A stretch of DNA of 64,000 bases from Octopus vulgaris (taxonomy: Eukaryota). This document shows positions 1 to 12,429 of the stretch, one piece after another (positions within the stretch are counted from its first letter, which is position 1; every line of letters begins with the position of its first letter). The notes beneath the pieces were generated by a model, which worked only from the letters and a program-made list of their open reading frames with translations, ran no database searches and was not told the DNA's origin. The position numbers and the translations under genes are program-made. The stretch spans positions 104,470,001 to 104,534,000 of the forward strand of contig OX597821.1 of the NCBI GenBank assembly GCA_951406725.2, written 5' to 3'.

Positions 1-2335
1 CTGTATGCCAGACTTGTTTGGAGACGTCTTGGCAGCGGTATACTGCAACTGGCAGCAAAACGGGAGCATACCCGGTTTTGTGAGTCGAGGAGACGTAACG
101 CTGCTGCAGAAAGATCCAGAACTGAAAATTTTAACAAAGGTGTTAGCCAAGAGGTTGGTGCTTGTCATCGAGAAACTGATCGACAACGCACAAACGTGCG
201 CCGTGCTGGACCGGAGCATCCATGACAACCTCCATCTGATGCGCTACATCATAGACAGAGTAGTTAAGGAACTTGGCATGGGTGGGGCCCTGATCAACTT
301 GGATCAATCGAAAGCCTTCGATAGGGTAGACCATCGATACTTGGAGGCAGTCCTGAGAGCGGCTGGTTTCGGTCCCGTCTTCCGCGGCTGGATAGCTGCC
401 TTGTACAGAGGCATCCGTTCGGTAATTCGCGTGAATGGACATCTATCGAGAACTTTCGACATTGCACGTTCGGTCCGTCAGGGATGCCCCCTCTCGTCGC
501 TTCTATACGTATTGACTCTTGAGCCACTACTGCGGAAGCTGGCGACTCTGAGGGGCATCCCGCGAGAATTGGGATGCGGGACGAGCGTGTCTGCATACGC
601 GGACGACGTCACCGTCATAGTGTCAAGCTACGAGCACATCGAGCTGGTCGGCGAGACACTGAAAGACTACGAAGCGGTGACAGGAGCAAAAATCAACCGG
701 GAAAAGTCAGTGGGCTTGCGGCTCGGCACCTGGAGAAGCAAGCCCATGCCGTCCACCAGTATCTCCGTCGTGGGATGCTTGACAGACGGCCCGGTTGAGT
801 TGCTCGGGGTCTGGTTCGGTCCGGACCACTAAATGACGAAGAACTGGAACGAGATAACGAGAAGGGTGGTCACTCTCGCCCGGCAATGGGCCGAGAGGAA
901 GCTGTCCCTAGAAGGTCGGGCGGAGGTGGCGAACACGTACATCGCGTCAATCATCTACTACCACCTGACCGTCGTACCTTGTCCCGAAGCTACCATCACC
1001 AAACTAGAACTCATTCTCTTTCGCTTCTTGTGGAAAGGATGCGTCCCGATGCTCAGGCGATCTATTTGCTGTCAACACCCGTTAAAAGGAGGGCTGGGCA
1101 TGCCATGGTTGATGATGCGCAAACACGCGCTGAGACTGCGACATCTCCGGCTTTATGTAGGACGGTGAACAGGTGTAGTCACCGTTTCTGAGGCACGCGT
1201 TCCCGCAGCTCGTCTCCATGACCGAACTGCAGTCGTTGATCAAAAAGAGGCCGAGGAAGGGCGAATGGCACCGCGAGTGTTGCATTGCTTTCAAGCAACT
1301 CTGCCGTCCTGGGTCGACCTTGAGTAACTTCAACACAACCAAAGCATTCTATAGGGGATTAGTGGAGGGGAGGTACGACGACGATATAGGGGCAAACCTG
1401 GGCATCGACTGGAATACTTGACCCGCCCGTTTGAAACGACTTTCGGGCCGGGACCTATGGAAAACTTTCAGAGATCCCTGGCCTGGCAGTGCTACCGAGA
1501 AGCGCTACCCGTTCGGGATAAGCTCTATAGGCATGGCTCGAGAAACGCGGGGCCGAACTGCCCGTACTGCGGGCAGAGCGACGAAACCGCTCTGCACGCA
1601 CTAGTGCAGTGTCCAACAATCTCCGACCTGTGGGCTTATGTCGAACGACTGCTGTCACGTTTGGGACGTGTCGGTTTATCAGCCGAGTCTATCGTTAATA
1701 TCGTCACGCCTCCTTCCTTCAAACGGGAAGGAAGAGCTATTTTTATTATACTTGTGGCTATGGCGAAAGAATGTATCTGGTGGACGCGCCTGAAAGGATT
1801 AGAGACAAACACTTTCCTCTCTGGTCAATATCTCATCAACTTCTTCAGGTATCACTTGAAGAGGAAAGTGAGAGTAGAGAGGCAAGTTTTGTCTAGTGAA
1901 TGTTTTTAAAAAAGATGGGTGAATGTAGCAAGGATGGCACGTATGAATGACGAAGCCACTTTGACTATGATTCTATGAACCGTAAAAATTAATACAGAGA
2001 GTTGCTTATTTGCAAAAAAAAAAAGAAATATATCATGTGACTCATTGTCCAAGGTTACCGTGGTCTTTTCCGTAGGCTTTTCTTTCCACGGGTAAACCTC
2101 ACCTGTCCTCCCCTTTGCACTTTATATTGACATTTCTGTGATAACGATCCCTATTGATCAATTCCCGCCTCTTAAAAGAAAAAGTACCCCCCCCCCTTTT
2201 TTTGTCCTCTTTCTTTCCTTTTACGATCCCTTTTGATCGAAAACCAAACCGCCTTTTTTTTTACCCCCAAAAGAAAAGCTCTACCTTGTAATTTGTCCTG
2301 TCTGTGTGCAGCCCTGTGTGGCTAATTAAGAAACA
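1..2335 (+). mobile_element. Tx1/L1-clade non-LTR retrotransposon, 3' part (RT, C-terminal CCHC finger, 3' UTR), disrupted
   Basis: ORF pieces 5-832 (DQSKAFDRVDH, VRQGCPLS, YADDV), 833-1168 (KGGLGMP), 1218-1421 and 1418-1909 (CPYCGQSDETALHALVQC zinc knuckle). Stops, frameshifts and a missing RPISLLN-type segment indicate a dead copy. The tail ends ...GGCTAATTAAGAAACA just before a (TATC)n tract. Confidence 0.9.
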
Positions 2336-2694
2336 TATCTATCTATTTATCTATCTATCTATCCAACCTTCTACCTGTCCGTCCGTCTGCCTGTCTGTCT
2401 GTCTACCTGCTTGTCTATCTATCTATGTATTTATCTCTCTATTTACCTATCTATCCAACCATCTGTCCGTTCGGCCGTCTGTCTGTCTATCTGTCTGTCT
2501 GTCTCTCTCTGTCTCTATCTATCCACCCGTCCGTCCGTCCGTCTGCTGCCTGTCTGTCTGTCTATCTATCTATCTGTCTATCTATCTTTCTATATATCTG
2601 TCTGTCTGTCTGTCTTTCGCTCTCTCTATATACCTATAACTTTATGTGCCTCTCTGACTGTCTGTCTGTCAATCTATCTCTCTGCCTGTCTATG

Positions 2695-2726
<32 letters not shown>

Positions 2727-3004
2727 TGTATGTATGCATGTATGTATATATGTATGCACGTATGTATGTATTATGAACGTACGTATCTGTCTATATCTAT
2801 CTATATATATCTATCTATATCTATCTATATCTATATCTATATCTATGTCTATCTATCTCTCTATCTATCCATCTCTCACTCCCCTCTCTCTCCCAATCTA
2901 TCTATCTACCTACCTATCTCTCTATCTATCCAGCTCTCACTCCCCCTCTTTCTCCCAATCTATCTATCTACCTACCTATCTATTTATCTACCTACCTATC
3001 TATT

Positions 3005-3035
<31 letters not shown>

Positions 3036-3043
3036 CTATCTAC

Positions 3044-3077
<34 letters not shown>

Positions 3078-3078
3078 C
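2336..3078. repeat. Compound tetranucleotide microsatellite (TATC/TCTG/TCCG/TATG/TACC)
   Basis: Directly visible; source of the YLSIYLSI-type spurious ORFs. Confidence 0.95.
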
Positions 3079-3479
3079 TAAGTTAATTAATATGTAAACC
3101 CTAAATATATATATTTGTTAATATATCTGAATATCAAGACGCCTTTAAACTTTAAGATATTAATACAATGAAGTAATCTTTTGTGGCATAAATTTGACTA
3201 TTTATAAATTGGCTGAAACGAACATCCTGATCAACATAATTGGAGATAAGAAATCACACACAAAGATTGAAGCAAAACCAAAATTAGCCAATTCAGAAAT
3301 GTTTCATTTTCTTTTTGTACCACAGGAAACGTAAATTTAATTAATTTCAATACAATGGGGAAACATTTTATCTTGAGATAAATTGGACCAATTATATAAT
3401 GTTTGTCTTAAACACAGAAACAGGTGTAGACTTTCTATTGTTATTAAATACATGCAGACACAAACACACACGACCGCAC

Positions 3480-3562
<83 letters not shown>

Positions 3563-3705
3563 TATATATGCCTATAGACGCATGTACAATAGCATGTACA
3601 ATCATATATGTATTTAATATAAATTCTTAAGCGTGTTTCTCTATGGTCATATTTGCATCTGTGTTTAAGTGTATATGAGTTTTCAGTGTATGTGCGTTTG
3701 TGTTC

Positions 3706-3746
<41 letters not shown>

Positions 3747-3811
3747 TGTGCGTGTGTTTGTGTGTGTATGTGTGAGTGAGTGTGTGTGTGTATGAGTGTG
3801 TGTGTGTAACA

Positions 3812-3993
3812 TGTTTTAAATATCTCAGCGAGTGATATATAGTAACATTACCGATAGCCAGCTGGAAAATATATTTTACAGCCGTTTAAACAGCAATAAC
3901 ATCCTCCTTTAGAGGACCGATACATTCTTTTGGCATATAAACTTTACTATTCGGTACTGTTAGTGTAAATATCTCGCTGAGACATTTAAAACA
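3812..3993. mobile_element. MITE-like foldback with ~45-bp imperfect inverted termini
   Basis: TGTTTTAAATATCTCAGCGAG...ACCGATAG at 3812 is complementary to CTATTCGGT...CTCGCTGAGACATTTAAAACA ending at 3993; embedded in (TG)n. Confidence 0.5.
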
Positions 3994-4158
3994 ATACGTG
4001 TGTGTGTGTACAGGTATTTAATTCATCTCCATGATCTCAACTTCTCATTGTGCACTCATATCCCAAGCTATACTATTTTGCAATGTAATTCCTTTAACTA
4101 CGAAATTGTCATCCCATAATTCTACAATATATGTCGTAACTATATAACATGATGGTTC

Positions 4159-4430
4159 CTAAATACAGTCGTGTTTTGGCGATAAAATTATTTTATCTAA
4201 TGGTGAAGGGGGCTTGGCTTGTCGTCTTAGATTTCTTATTAAAAGCAGACATAAACTACAAAACAGCGAATCATTAAACTCACCATGACTGTTGTTGTGA
4301 ATCGATTTACGTATGTTGTTTTCAATATTGTCGATCATACAGCGTCCGAGATCTTTTGAATACAATTTTAGTAGCTTCGTCGTCTTTCTTAGTTTAGGTA
4401 ATTTCAACGAAGTACCTATCAATGTTATAG
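4159..4430 (-). pseudogene. Probable Penelope-like GIY-YIG C-terminal remnant
   Basis: ORF 4159-4422 has GTSL...CSLCL...LDK, resembling the PLE endonuclease C-terminus (STxL...CxLCLxEK...LNK). Heavily decayed. Confidence 0.35.
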
Positions 4431-4445
4431 AATACCACTCACATG

Positions 4446-4536
<91 letters not shown>

Positions 4537-4726
4537 TAAGTAATTAAGGGTTTAGCAACGAATTGCCTCACCAACACACCGAATTTAGAAATAGCAGTCA
4601 AAGAGATATAGCTATTCCTTCTACTAAAAGGGGGATCTCAGTAAAACACAGCACTTAAAAGGCAAACACAGACAGGTAAGAAAGAAAGAATGAAATGACG
4701 GCAATCCATCATGCAATTTTAAGTTA

Positions 4727-4818
4727 CCTACGGACGTACGTTTCGAGATCAAGTTTTAGGATATCATAGGAATTAGAAAATTCTACTTTACCCAGACTTC
4801 TTCTCTCATCGGCGCAGG
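4727..4818 (-). ncRNA. Type I hammerhead ribozyme motif in a short PLE-like cassette (~4535-4900)
   Basis: Minus strand: stem I CCTGCG, core CCGATGA, stem II GAGA..(long loop)..TCTC, GAAA, palindromic stem III CGTACG, TC, stem I' CGTAGG. Confidence 0.75.
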
Positions 4819-4922
4819 ATACTACAATTGTGAATAATTGTATATTAAATTTTGAGATACTAGAATGCGTCATCTCAACTCAGTGTCAGAGCGAGCCAAA
4901 GCATGACCAGTACCACGAAATT

Positions 4923-4976
<54 letters not shown>

Positions 4977-5110
4977 TGCACGTGGCTATGAGGGAATGGA
5001 TATGAATTCTACTTTGCAGCATATGTCGGCGAGTCTCGATGGATATAAGCTAAGCGAAAACACAGCTCGCTTACATACTCGTAGCCACTAGCATTTATAT
5101 GGCTGGGTAT

Positions 5111-5183
5111 ACCGGTGCTGATGAAGGCAAAAGGGTAATTTTTTACTATTCCCTTAAATCCGAAACAAAATCATGTATGCGGT
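5111..5183 (+). ncRNA. Type I hammerhead ribozyme motif (partly decayed) in a PLE-like cassette (~4975-5325)
   Basis: ACCGGTG-CTGATGA-AGG..AAGGG/CCCTT..CC-GAAA-CA(AAATCA)TG-TA-TGCGGT; stem I pairs only with wobbles and a bulge. Confidence 0.6.
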
Positions 5184-5329
5184 TAACCAAAGTTTGTAAT
5201 TCATGTTCTTTCTTCTACTAGCCTATGTGTAGTGTGTTTTTCTCTGATAATTCATAGTGTCTTTTGACGTCTATTTTTCAGTGCGTGGTGAGGCGCAAGT
5301 CAATCCTTTGTTATAATTATGTATATAAT

Positions 5330-5368
<39 letters not shown>

Positions 5369-6209
5369 ATATTTATTCCTAAAGATTGGTTTAAATTTAC
5401 AAGTTTTTTGCATTCAAAATTTCGAAAGACATAATATACAAATATTTCGAAAACAAATATATTTGTGAATGCCATTTGAAAACATTACCACACCTGTAGG
5501 TTACTAATGCTTTCATAGATCCAGGTATTAGGAATTGAAATTGATTTGGAGTATGAAAGTTGACATTCTTAAATAGGAAATAATGAGCGTATACTTATTC
5601 AGGCTTCAGTAATTCTTTCAAACAATGATATATCTGAAAAAATTCCTAAGGAGTGGTTCACTCCCAATGGTTATCCTGCACGCCAGACACCAATTCGGAA
5701 TATCTGAGGGCCCCTGCTATTACTAGAAAGTCATTGAACCTACACTTGTTTCATCCATTCTTTTGAGAGGTTTTGCTTTTAGTCCTGTAGGGATTATAGC
5801 AATCCTCTTCATCAGGCAACTCTGGTAGGGGCGCCAGTTTAGACGCCGATGACCCGACCCTGCAAATGGTTGAACTGAGTTCCATGCTAGCAGTAGCACC
5901 CATGTGAGGCATCCCAATTGACCAGACACAAAGGTTTAACGAGATTTGAATTAAGAACACAAGGAATAAATATCACGGTTAACTCAATGATTTATCAGCA
6001 ATTATTTGCTTTACAAAAAGTTGATGACAATGACGTTTATGTGGTGTAGCCTGGATGGAATTTTCTACGCATGAATAAACACGTGATCATGTTACTTAAC
6101 TCCTACTGCAAAAGCGATACATGATTGACATAATCGACCCTGTAACATTGCTCTAAATGTTACCCATTCGCGTTTCCTAATATGTATCACCTGGTGTACC
6201 ATATATATA

Positions 6210-6773
6210 TTGGGTTGTCCGAAAAGTTCGTGCCGTTATATTGTAGCTTAAATTTCGACTTATTTTTGAACATGGTTGAGTCCATAAACTAGGATATGAC
6301 TAGACCTCCGTTTAGAGTACTGTTTAAGATATCTTTTCGTGGAAGAAGGTTATATGTTCCTATAACCTGTGTTAATGTTGTAACCCTTTAAAATGCTAGA
6401 TAAGAAAATTCATCTTCAGCACTTGATACTGGAAACCAGACAAAAATTGCTGCAGCTCGGCTGGGATATGTTACCCCACCCTCTATATTCACCAGATATT
6501 GCTCCTTCGGATTTCTTCTTATTCAGGTCTCTGCAGAATAGTCTTACTGGTAAAAAGTTCAATTCCTTGAATGACGTAAACATGACCTTGATGAATTCTT
6601 TGCCATGAAACCACCTCAATTCTGGGAAGAGGGTATTTTCAAGTTAAAGGAAAGATGGAGAAGCATTGTGCAACAAAATGGTTCATATTTGGTTGATTAA
6701 AAATGTAATGGCAAGTATTTATTGACCTTTTTCTTTCCTTTAAAAATCGGCACGAACTTTCCGGACAACACAA
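6210..6773 (+). mobile_element. Internally deleted mariner element (non-autonomous)
   Basis: TIRs TTGGGTTGTCCGAAAAGTTCGTGCCG / CGGCACGAACTTTCCGGACAACACAA, each flanked by TA. ORF 6393-6608 contains GWDMLPHPLYSPDIAPSDFFLF, the mariner YSPDLAPSD motif. Confidence 0.92.
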
Positions 6774-6792
6774 TATTTATACATATATAGTC

Positions 6793-6945
6793 AAGTTAAG
6801 TTAAGTTAAGTTAATTTTTTGGCTCAAAAAGCTAAAAGCAAGACCATGTAGGGGGACAATTATTTATGTACAGGGAGGGTGTTCATACAAAGAGTTCAGG
6901 CCATTTCTGGTCAAGAGAGACTTTGAACCGAGCGGTCGTCGGCAT
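6793..6945 (-). mobile_element. CR1/L2-type LINE 3' end with (TTAAC)n tail
   Basis: Minus strand encodes ...FKVSLDQKWPELFV*, a CR1-like ORF2 terminus, followed by a short UTR and tandem TTAAC. Confidence 0.55.
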
Positions 6946-9292
6946 ATATGTTACCCATTGCTATAAACGCCTTCAATAATGGACCGATAGAACATTTTAT
7001 CTACCGCAGTTGGATGAAAGTCAGCGTTGATATTTGAAGTCAGAACGTGCCTGCAGAAATATTGGAATGTATTTTATCAAAAGTTCTAACGATTTATTTT
7101 CCATTTCGGAATATGAACATCTTAGTTTCCCAAACCGCGAATTAAATACGAGAGCTTGATTATTGTTCGTCCAGTCGCATAACATTGTTCTTGACGCAAT
7201 ACAGGGAAACAAAAATGTCAACGGTTGCCATGATACGTTATGCTGTCTCTAATAACAAGGCAGCCAAATATTTATGGCTTGGGCGAAAAACAGTGATTCG
7301 AGTATTTGAGATTTTTTTCGGTAGCACTCCACAAAGTGGGACAATTTTCAGATTATTAATAGCGATATGAACAAATATAAACGGAAAGTAGTTTCTTCAA
7401 CAGAAACAAAATTTGTTTGCAGTCTATTATCAACTCACATACAATACTTTCTCAGAATGTATTTCGAAACTCATTATAAATTCCCCTTTGCTATATATGT
7501 ATGTTGTTTTGGTAAATATTGATTATAATATTTTTTTCGTTTAATAGCATCTTCTTGAAAAAGGCAAAACAAAAGAATGGGTGTAAGTATATTTGAAGAC
7601 CTGTGATGAAATTCCGAAAACAACGCTTGTACATTATTTCCTTAAAATACACATAATTTCTTTAAAAATGTATATAATTTCCTAAAACCCATAACGGAGG
7701 TGGATTTTTCTGAGGAGATGAAAATATATAAGCAAGGTTATTATCAAACATTAACAGGAATGTTTCGTGTTTATGTCATTTATACTTTGGCTAAAATCAA
7801 CTAAGTTTTTGATGAATTATATTTCCAATATCGCCCGTTACTTCACTTACAAATAAACATCTGAAAGAAACCCATCTTCTAGAGAGCGTAAACCACTCCA
7901 AATACGAACGTGATTAAATAGAATATATTGAAAAACAGTCACAGGGAATATATTTGAAATAAAACAATCTACACAATAGAATGTAGTATCATAATTGGTT
8001 AGCATACGAAATAGAAAAGAAAGTTAGCACATATAGGTATATTGCTGGAAGCATGCTTCTGGATTTTAAAAAGAAAGAAACGAATAATTCATATCTTCTG
8101 TTTTTCTAACATCTATGTTATACACAGGCAAAAAAGAGCAGGATAAAATATACTGCAACGAATGCAATAAGTTTGTTTGAATAGTAATGTTATTAATGTT
8201 AAAGCAAAGAAAAACATGTAAACTAAATATCAAATATATATTTTATATATCTAATACAGAGATCAATGCTTATATTGTTGAGCTGAAGACATGTACAGGC
8301 ACACACAAACGTATTCCTATGCTTATAAAACGAATTTAATAGTTATGTTTATTACTGCGTATATTCCTTTCTATGAAGGGCTCTTAAAACGTATAAAAAA
8401 GAGGGGAAAGATATTTTCTTCGGATTCTAAAACACTTTTTTCGTAAGATTGAATCAACCACAACAGTGAAACTTCTACCATAATGATTTGAACGCATGCG
8501 TAACGCATAAATAAAATCTCACGAGCTGTCGAGTAGTACTTTTAATATGTTTCTTCCAATTTTCATAGCTTCTTACAAGAAAATAAAATTTCATTGTTTT
8601 CATGGAAATGTGCTTAACTTTTATATATATTCATAATTTCTTTGAAGTGTAATAAAACCTTAATGATTTTAAAGGTAACATTATAGAAATAAACATCAGA
8701 TCCTACCATATTTTCCTACTGCAAATATAATCAATATTTTCCTATCGTAATAACGCAATAAAAAAGAAGCTTTGCATTGATAAAGATGCGGCGAAGAATA
8801 CATATTCATCGAAAACATTATAAGTATGTACAAGGTCGGCAGAGATACAATAATAAAATCATGGATAATTTCAGCGGATATTCTGCAATTTATACACATA
8901 ACAATATGATACAAATACATGTATATGTGTGTGTGTGTGTGTGTATGTGTGTGTGTGTGTTTGTGTGTGTTTATACATGTATGTATATACGTGGTTGTAT
9001 CTAAAGGATCCCGGACTAGCTATGTTTAACAAACACATAACTACTTTATTCTGTGCGACATCCGTAAGGAATTTTGTCAGTGGACAGTTCGCGGTCTGAA
9101 AGCGACGAAAACATTTTGACAAATTAAATTTAAATGCTGAAGTGTATCTAATGGTGTTTGTGTTTTTCTTAAATGGCTTATAAACACCTTCCACACTGCA
9201 ATTATTTTCCTTCCAGCACACGATCTCAGATCAAGTCACTTCCTATGCAAGTACATCTCTGCAATATCTACTTTACCTAAGTTTTAATATAA

Positions 9293-9510
9293 TCATCTTC
9301 GAAATAGTCACCTTGCGCAGCAGTACACCGGTCCCAACTTTCATACCACTTTTCGAATCCAGTCTAGAAGTCGTTTTCTGTAAGCGAGTCGGAGACCTTC
9401 TACGATTCGCAATCGATCTCGACAATGATGCTAAAAGAGCGACCTTTTAGCTGCATTTTCATCTCGGGGAAGGGATGGTAGTCTGCAGGTGCTCAATCTG
9501 GCGATACTAT
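9293..9510 (-). pseudogene. Mariner transposase C-terminal remnant
   Basis: Minus-strand translation (frameshifted): SPD*APADY..PEMKMQLKGRSF...FEKWYESWDRCTAAQGDYFEDD. Confidence 0.75.
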
Positions 9511-9527
9511 GTTGCTCTTGGCATTGA

Positions 9528-9684
9528 TTGTTACGACGTTTAGTGTCCAAATACGTCTAATGTGATCCTGAAGAGAGAACGAGGACACTTGAATTATGCA
9601 CATATGTCTATACTACTTTTTCCATCTTCGATCGCATTGTTGTTATTCACATTAGACGTATTCGGATACGAAACGGCGTAACAA
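9528..9684. repeat. Small foldback (38-bp inverted arms, ~80-bp spacer), MITE-like
   Basis: TTGTTACGACGTTTAGTGTCCAAATACGTCTAATGTGA at 9528-9565 versus TCACATTAGACGTATTCGGATACGAAACGGCGTAACAA at 9647-9684. Confidence 0.7.
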
Positions 9685-9936
9685 ATAAAAAAAAATCTGT
9701 AGATAACTTTAATAAAAAGGAAAATATTTCAGAAAGGACGAAGTTATTAAGTTCAAACTGCGTATGAGTTCGTACTGATTATATATGCTGCTGCGCGTTG
9801 CGAAATCTGGTTCTTGTCGATCCATGATGTAAGGCCATACCGAACACTGCCGAGAAACCGGTGTAAATTTCTGGGGGCGGAAATCTCGTAGGTGTCCAGT
9901 AAATCTATCGGTTAAACCAAGCGTTTCCAGGCTGCC

Positions 9937-9980
<44 letters not shown>

Positions 9981-9990
<10 letters not shown>

Positions 9991-10607
9991 TATATGTAGA
10001 AAAATACAAACTGGGACAAGAACGTAAAACATTTCGAAGATGATACAAAAAACACGAACAGGACATTCGAAGCCTTCAATCTTCAGTCAAGAACCGGATC
10101 ATCCTAGCATTTTCGGCTGATTAATCTTGAGATCGCTCCGATCCGGCCAGCCCCAAGGAAAAACTAAGCTACGAGCATTAGATTTCTTGGAAGAAAGATC
10201 GAATGTATACGAAACAGGGACAGAAAAACGGACGATACCACACGAATATAAAATACAAAAAACAATAATGGTAAAAACAAGACAAAAACAGCGGGTGTCT
10301 TACGGCTAATAAACAGTACAACAAGTTTAGCATTATTGTTTTTTTGTATTTTATATTCGTGTGGCATCGTCCGTTTTTCTGTCCCTGTTTCGTTAACATT
10401 CGATCCTTCTTCCAAGAAATCTAATGCTCGTAGCTTAGTTTTTCCTTGGGGCTGGCCAGATCGGAGCGATCTTAAGATTAATCAGCCGAAATTGCGAGGA
10501 TGATCCGGTTCTTGTCTGAAGATTGAAGGCTTCCGTGTTGTTTGTATCGTCTTCTAAATGTTTTACGTTCTTGTCCCAGTTTGTATTTTTCTACATATAA
10601 TATATAT
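9981..10607. repeat. Long inverted repeat (~280-290-bp arms, 60-bp spacer) with (TA)n ends
   Basis: Arm 9981-10270 is the reverse complement of 10331-10607, with few substitutions and one ~12-nt deletion. The ORF pair 10127-10309(+) / 10164-10415(-) is mirrored. Confidence 0.9.
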
Positions 10608-10812
10608 AGGCGTCGTCCGTACCCTAGTTGGCCTTATGTAAGTATATATATATATATATATATATACGAAACTGTCCGACGCACGGGGAGGTGAATCTCT
10701 GAGTAACAGTGTTTGTGATACTTATACTGCTTTTTAATAAAGCATATTACACTACCTCTGGTATTCGAGAACTATTTCCCCCACCTTGTTTCGCATTTAT
10801 GTGCATATTCTG

Positions 10813-10897
<85 letters not shown>

Positions 10898-10911
10898 AAT
10901 ATATATACATA

Positions 10912-11110
10912 TACGAGGGTTGCGGGAAAGTTCCTGGTTTGGGGTTAATGAAAATACAAGAGTATTAATGAATTATGGGTTCAGTCAACATATTACACTC
11001 TCAGATTCACACACTTATTGCAGCGGTCCTTCAGTTTTCTAAGCCCTATAGAATAACCCAGGCCTTTGTCGATACCCTAAATGCCAGGAAATTGTCAGCG
11101 CCACCTCGTA
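10912..11110. mobile_element. Mariner-derived MITE
   Basis: Termini TACGAGGGTTGCGGGAAAGTTCCTGG / CCAGGAAATTGTCAGCGCCACCTCGTA. The internal minus strand encodes a transposase C-terminus (LKDRCNKCVNL). A related partial copy lies in opposite orientation at ~52765-52920. Confidence 0.7.
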
Positions 11111-12377
11111 TATACTTGCGTACAAATATACGTGCGGAGTTGTGGTGGGGAGGTGTTTTGTCGTTATTTCAAATCTGTTACTACATAGTCTGTTCAACAA
11201 TGTTTACTATTTAGTCTAATGCATGTTTATATAAACCTCATTCTCATCGGTAAATCGTGCAGGGTCTTGTTGGACAATGCAAAATATTTTCTATTTAAAA
11301 TAAATAAGTATGCTTAGATACACACAATAAATAAATTGTATGCTGTACAGGATATTACTTTATATAAAGTGATGTCGTAATAATTTCAATGGAAATGTAG
11401 AGGCAACTTAGAGTGCTGAGAAATTTGAAATACATTAGTTAAATTATGATGACAATTGAATATTACAATGCTTGAAATAATCGAAATTTAAACGTAAATA
11501 CTCTTCAGTTTTATTTTCATAAGACCAAACCAGTCCGCATTTAGAAAAGATTCTATTAAATGCTCAGCTTAAACTTAACGTCAATATTTTAGGTTGATAT
11601 AATAGATTGTTATATGGCGGCTTTTCAAATATGATAATGATTTCAATTTGATATCAATTGGATTACAATATATCTACAGGATCCCCCATTTGAATGACAA
11701 GTGAGTCATAAAATTATTCTGAAATAGATCTATCAAGCTATATACTTACATGATAAATCTGAGTTATGTATGCAGAACATGTCACACGTGTAATCTGTAG
11801 CTTGCGGTAATCTATTGTAAGACAATATGATAATTGATGAAATAAATTTACTCATTCAAAATTTAATCCGATGTGAATGAAAATAACTTCGCGTGTGTCA
11901 CCAGTAAAGTTACTGACAGATTTTGAAAATTTGGAAATTGAATAATATGCACAACTTATTAATCATTTCAACATTATCTCATCAAAATGTCGTGTATTTC
12001 AAATGCCTGCATGCATTGCTATTTCTGACAGTGCAAGATTATTCCATTTTGTTTTATATTAATCTCCATGTGAATTAATAACTATATATGTATATGAAGT
12101 GATAGAAAGCGTGCACTCATGCTAATAGCTGAAAAATCTGTATAAAATGATGTCTATCATAGCACATTTTAAATATTGCTGGGAGGCTCTATTCATACCC
12201 ATGTAATTTGTTAACGAATGAGCGCCCATACAGCCGATCCAACTAAAGCATCGGCTGGCATGATGTTTAATATCTCCTTTTCGAAACTGCTGACTCGAAC
12301 ATTTTTTAGTCTATATTCATTTCAGTTTACGTGGATACTGATCGCTTTCAATATCTCTCTATATACAAACGGCAAAA

Positions 12378-12429
<52 letters not shown>

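Noticed and set aside
5735-5820. Minus-strand HHR-like motif (CTGATGA-AGAGG..CCTCT..GAAA-CAAGTG-TA)
   Set aside because: There is a 13-nt gap between stem II and GAAA and stem I does not pair; at best a decayed relic.
10480-10535. Permuted (type II) HHR reading of AGCC-GAAA...CTGAAGA..GGCT
   Set aside because: No stem III or UH site, and extra bases precede stem II.
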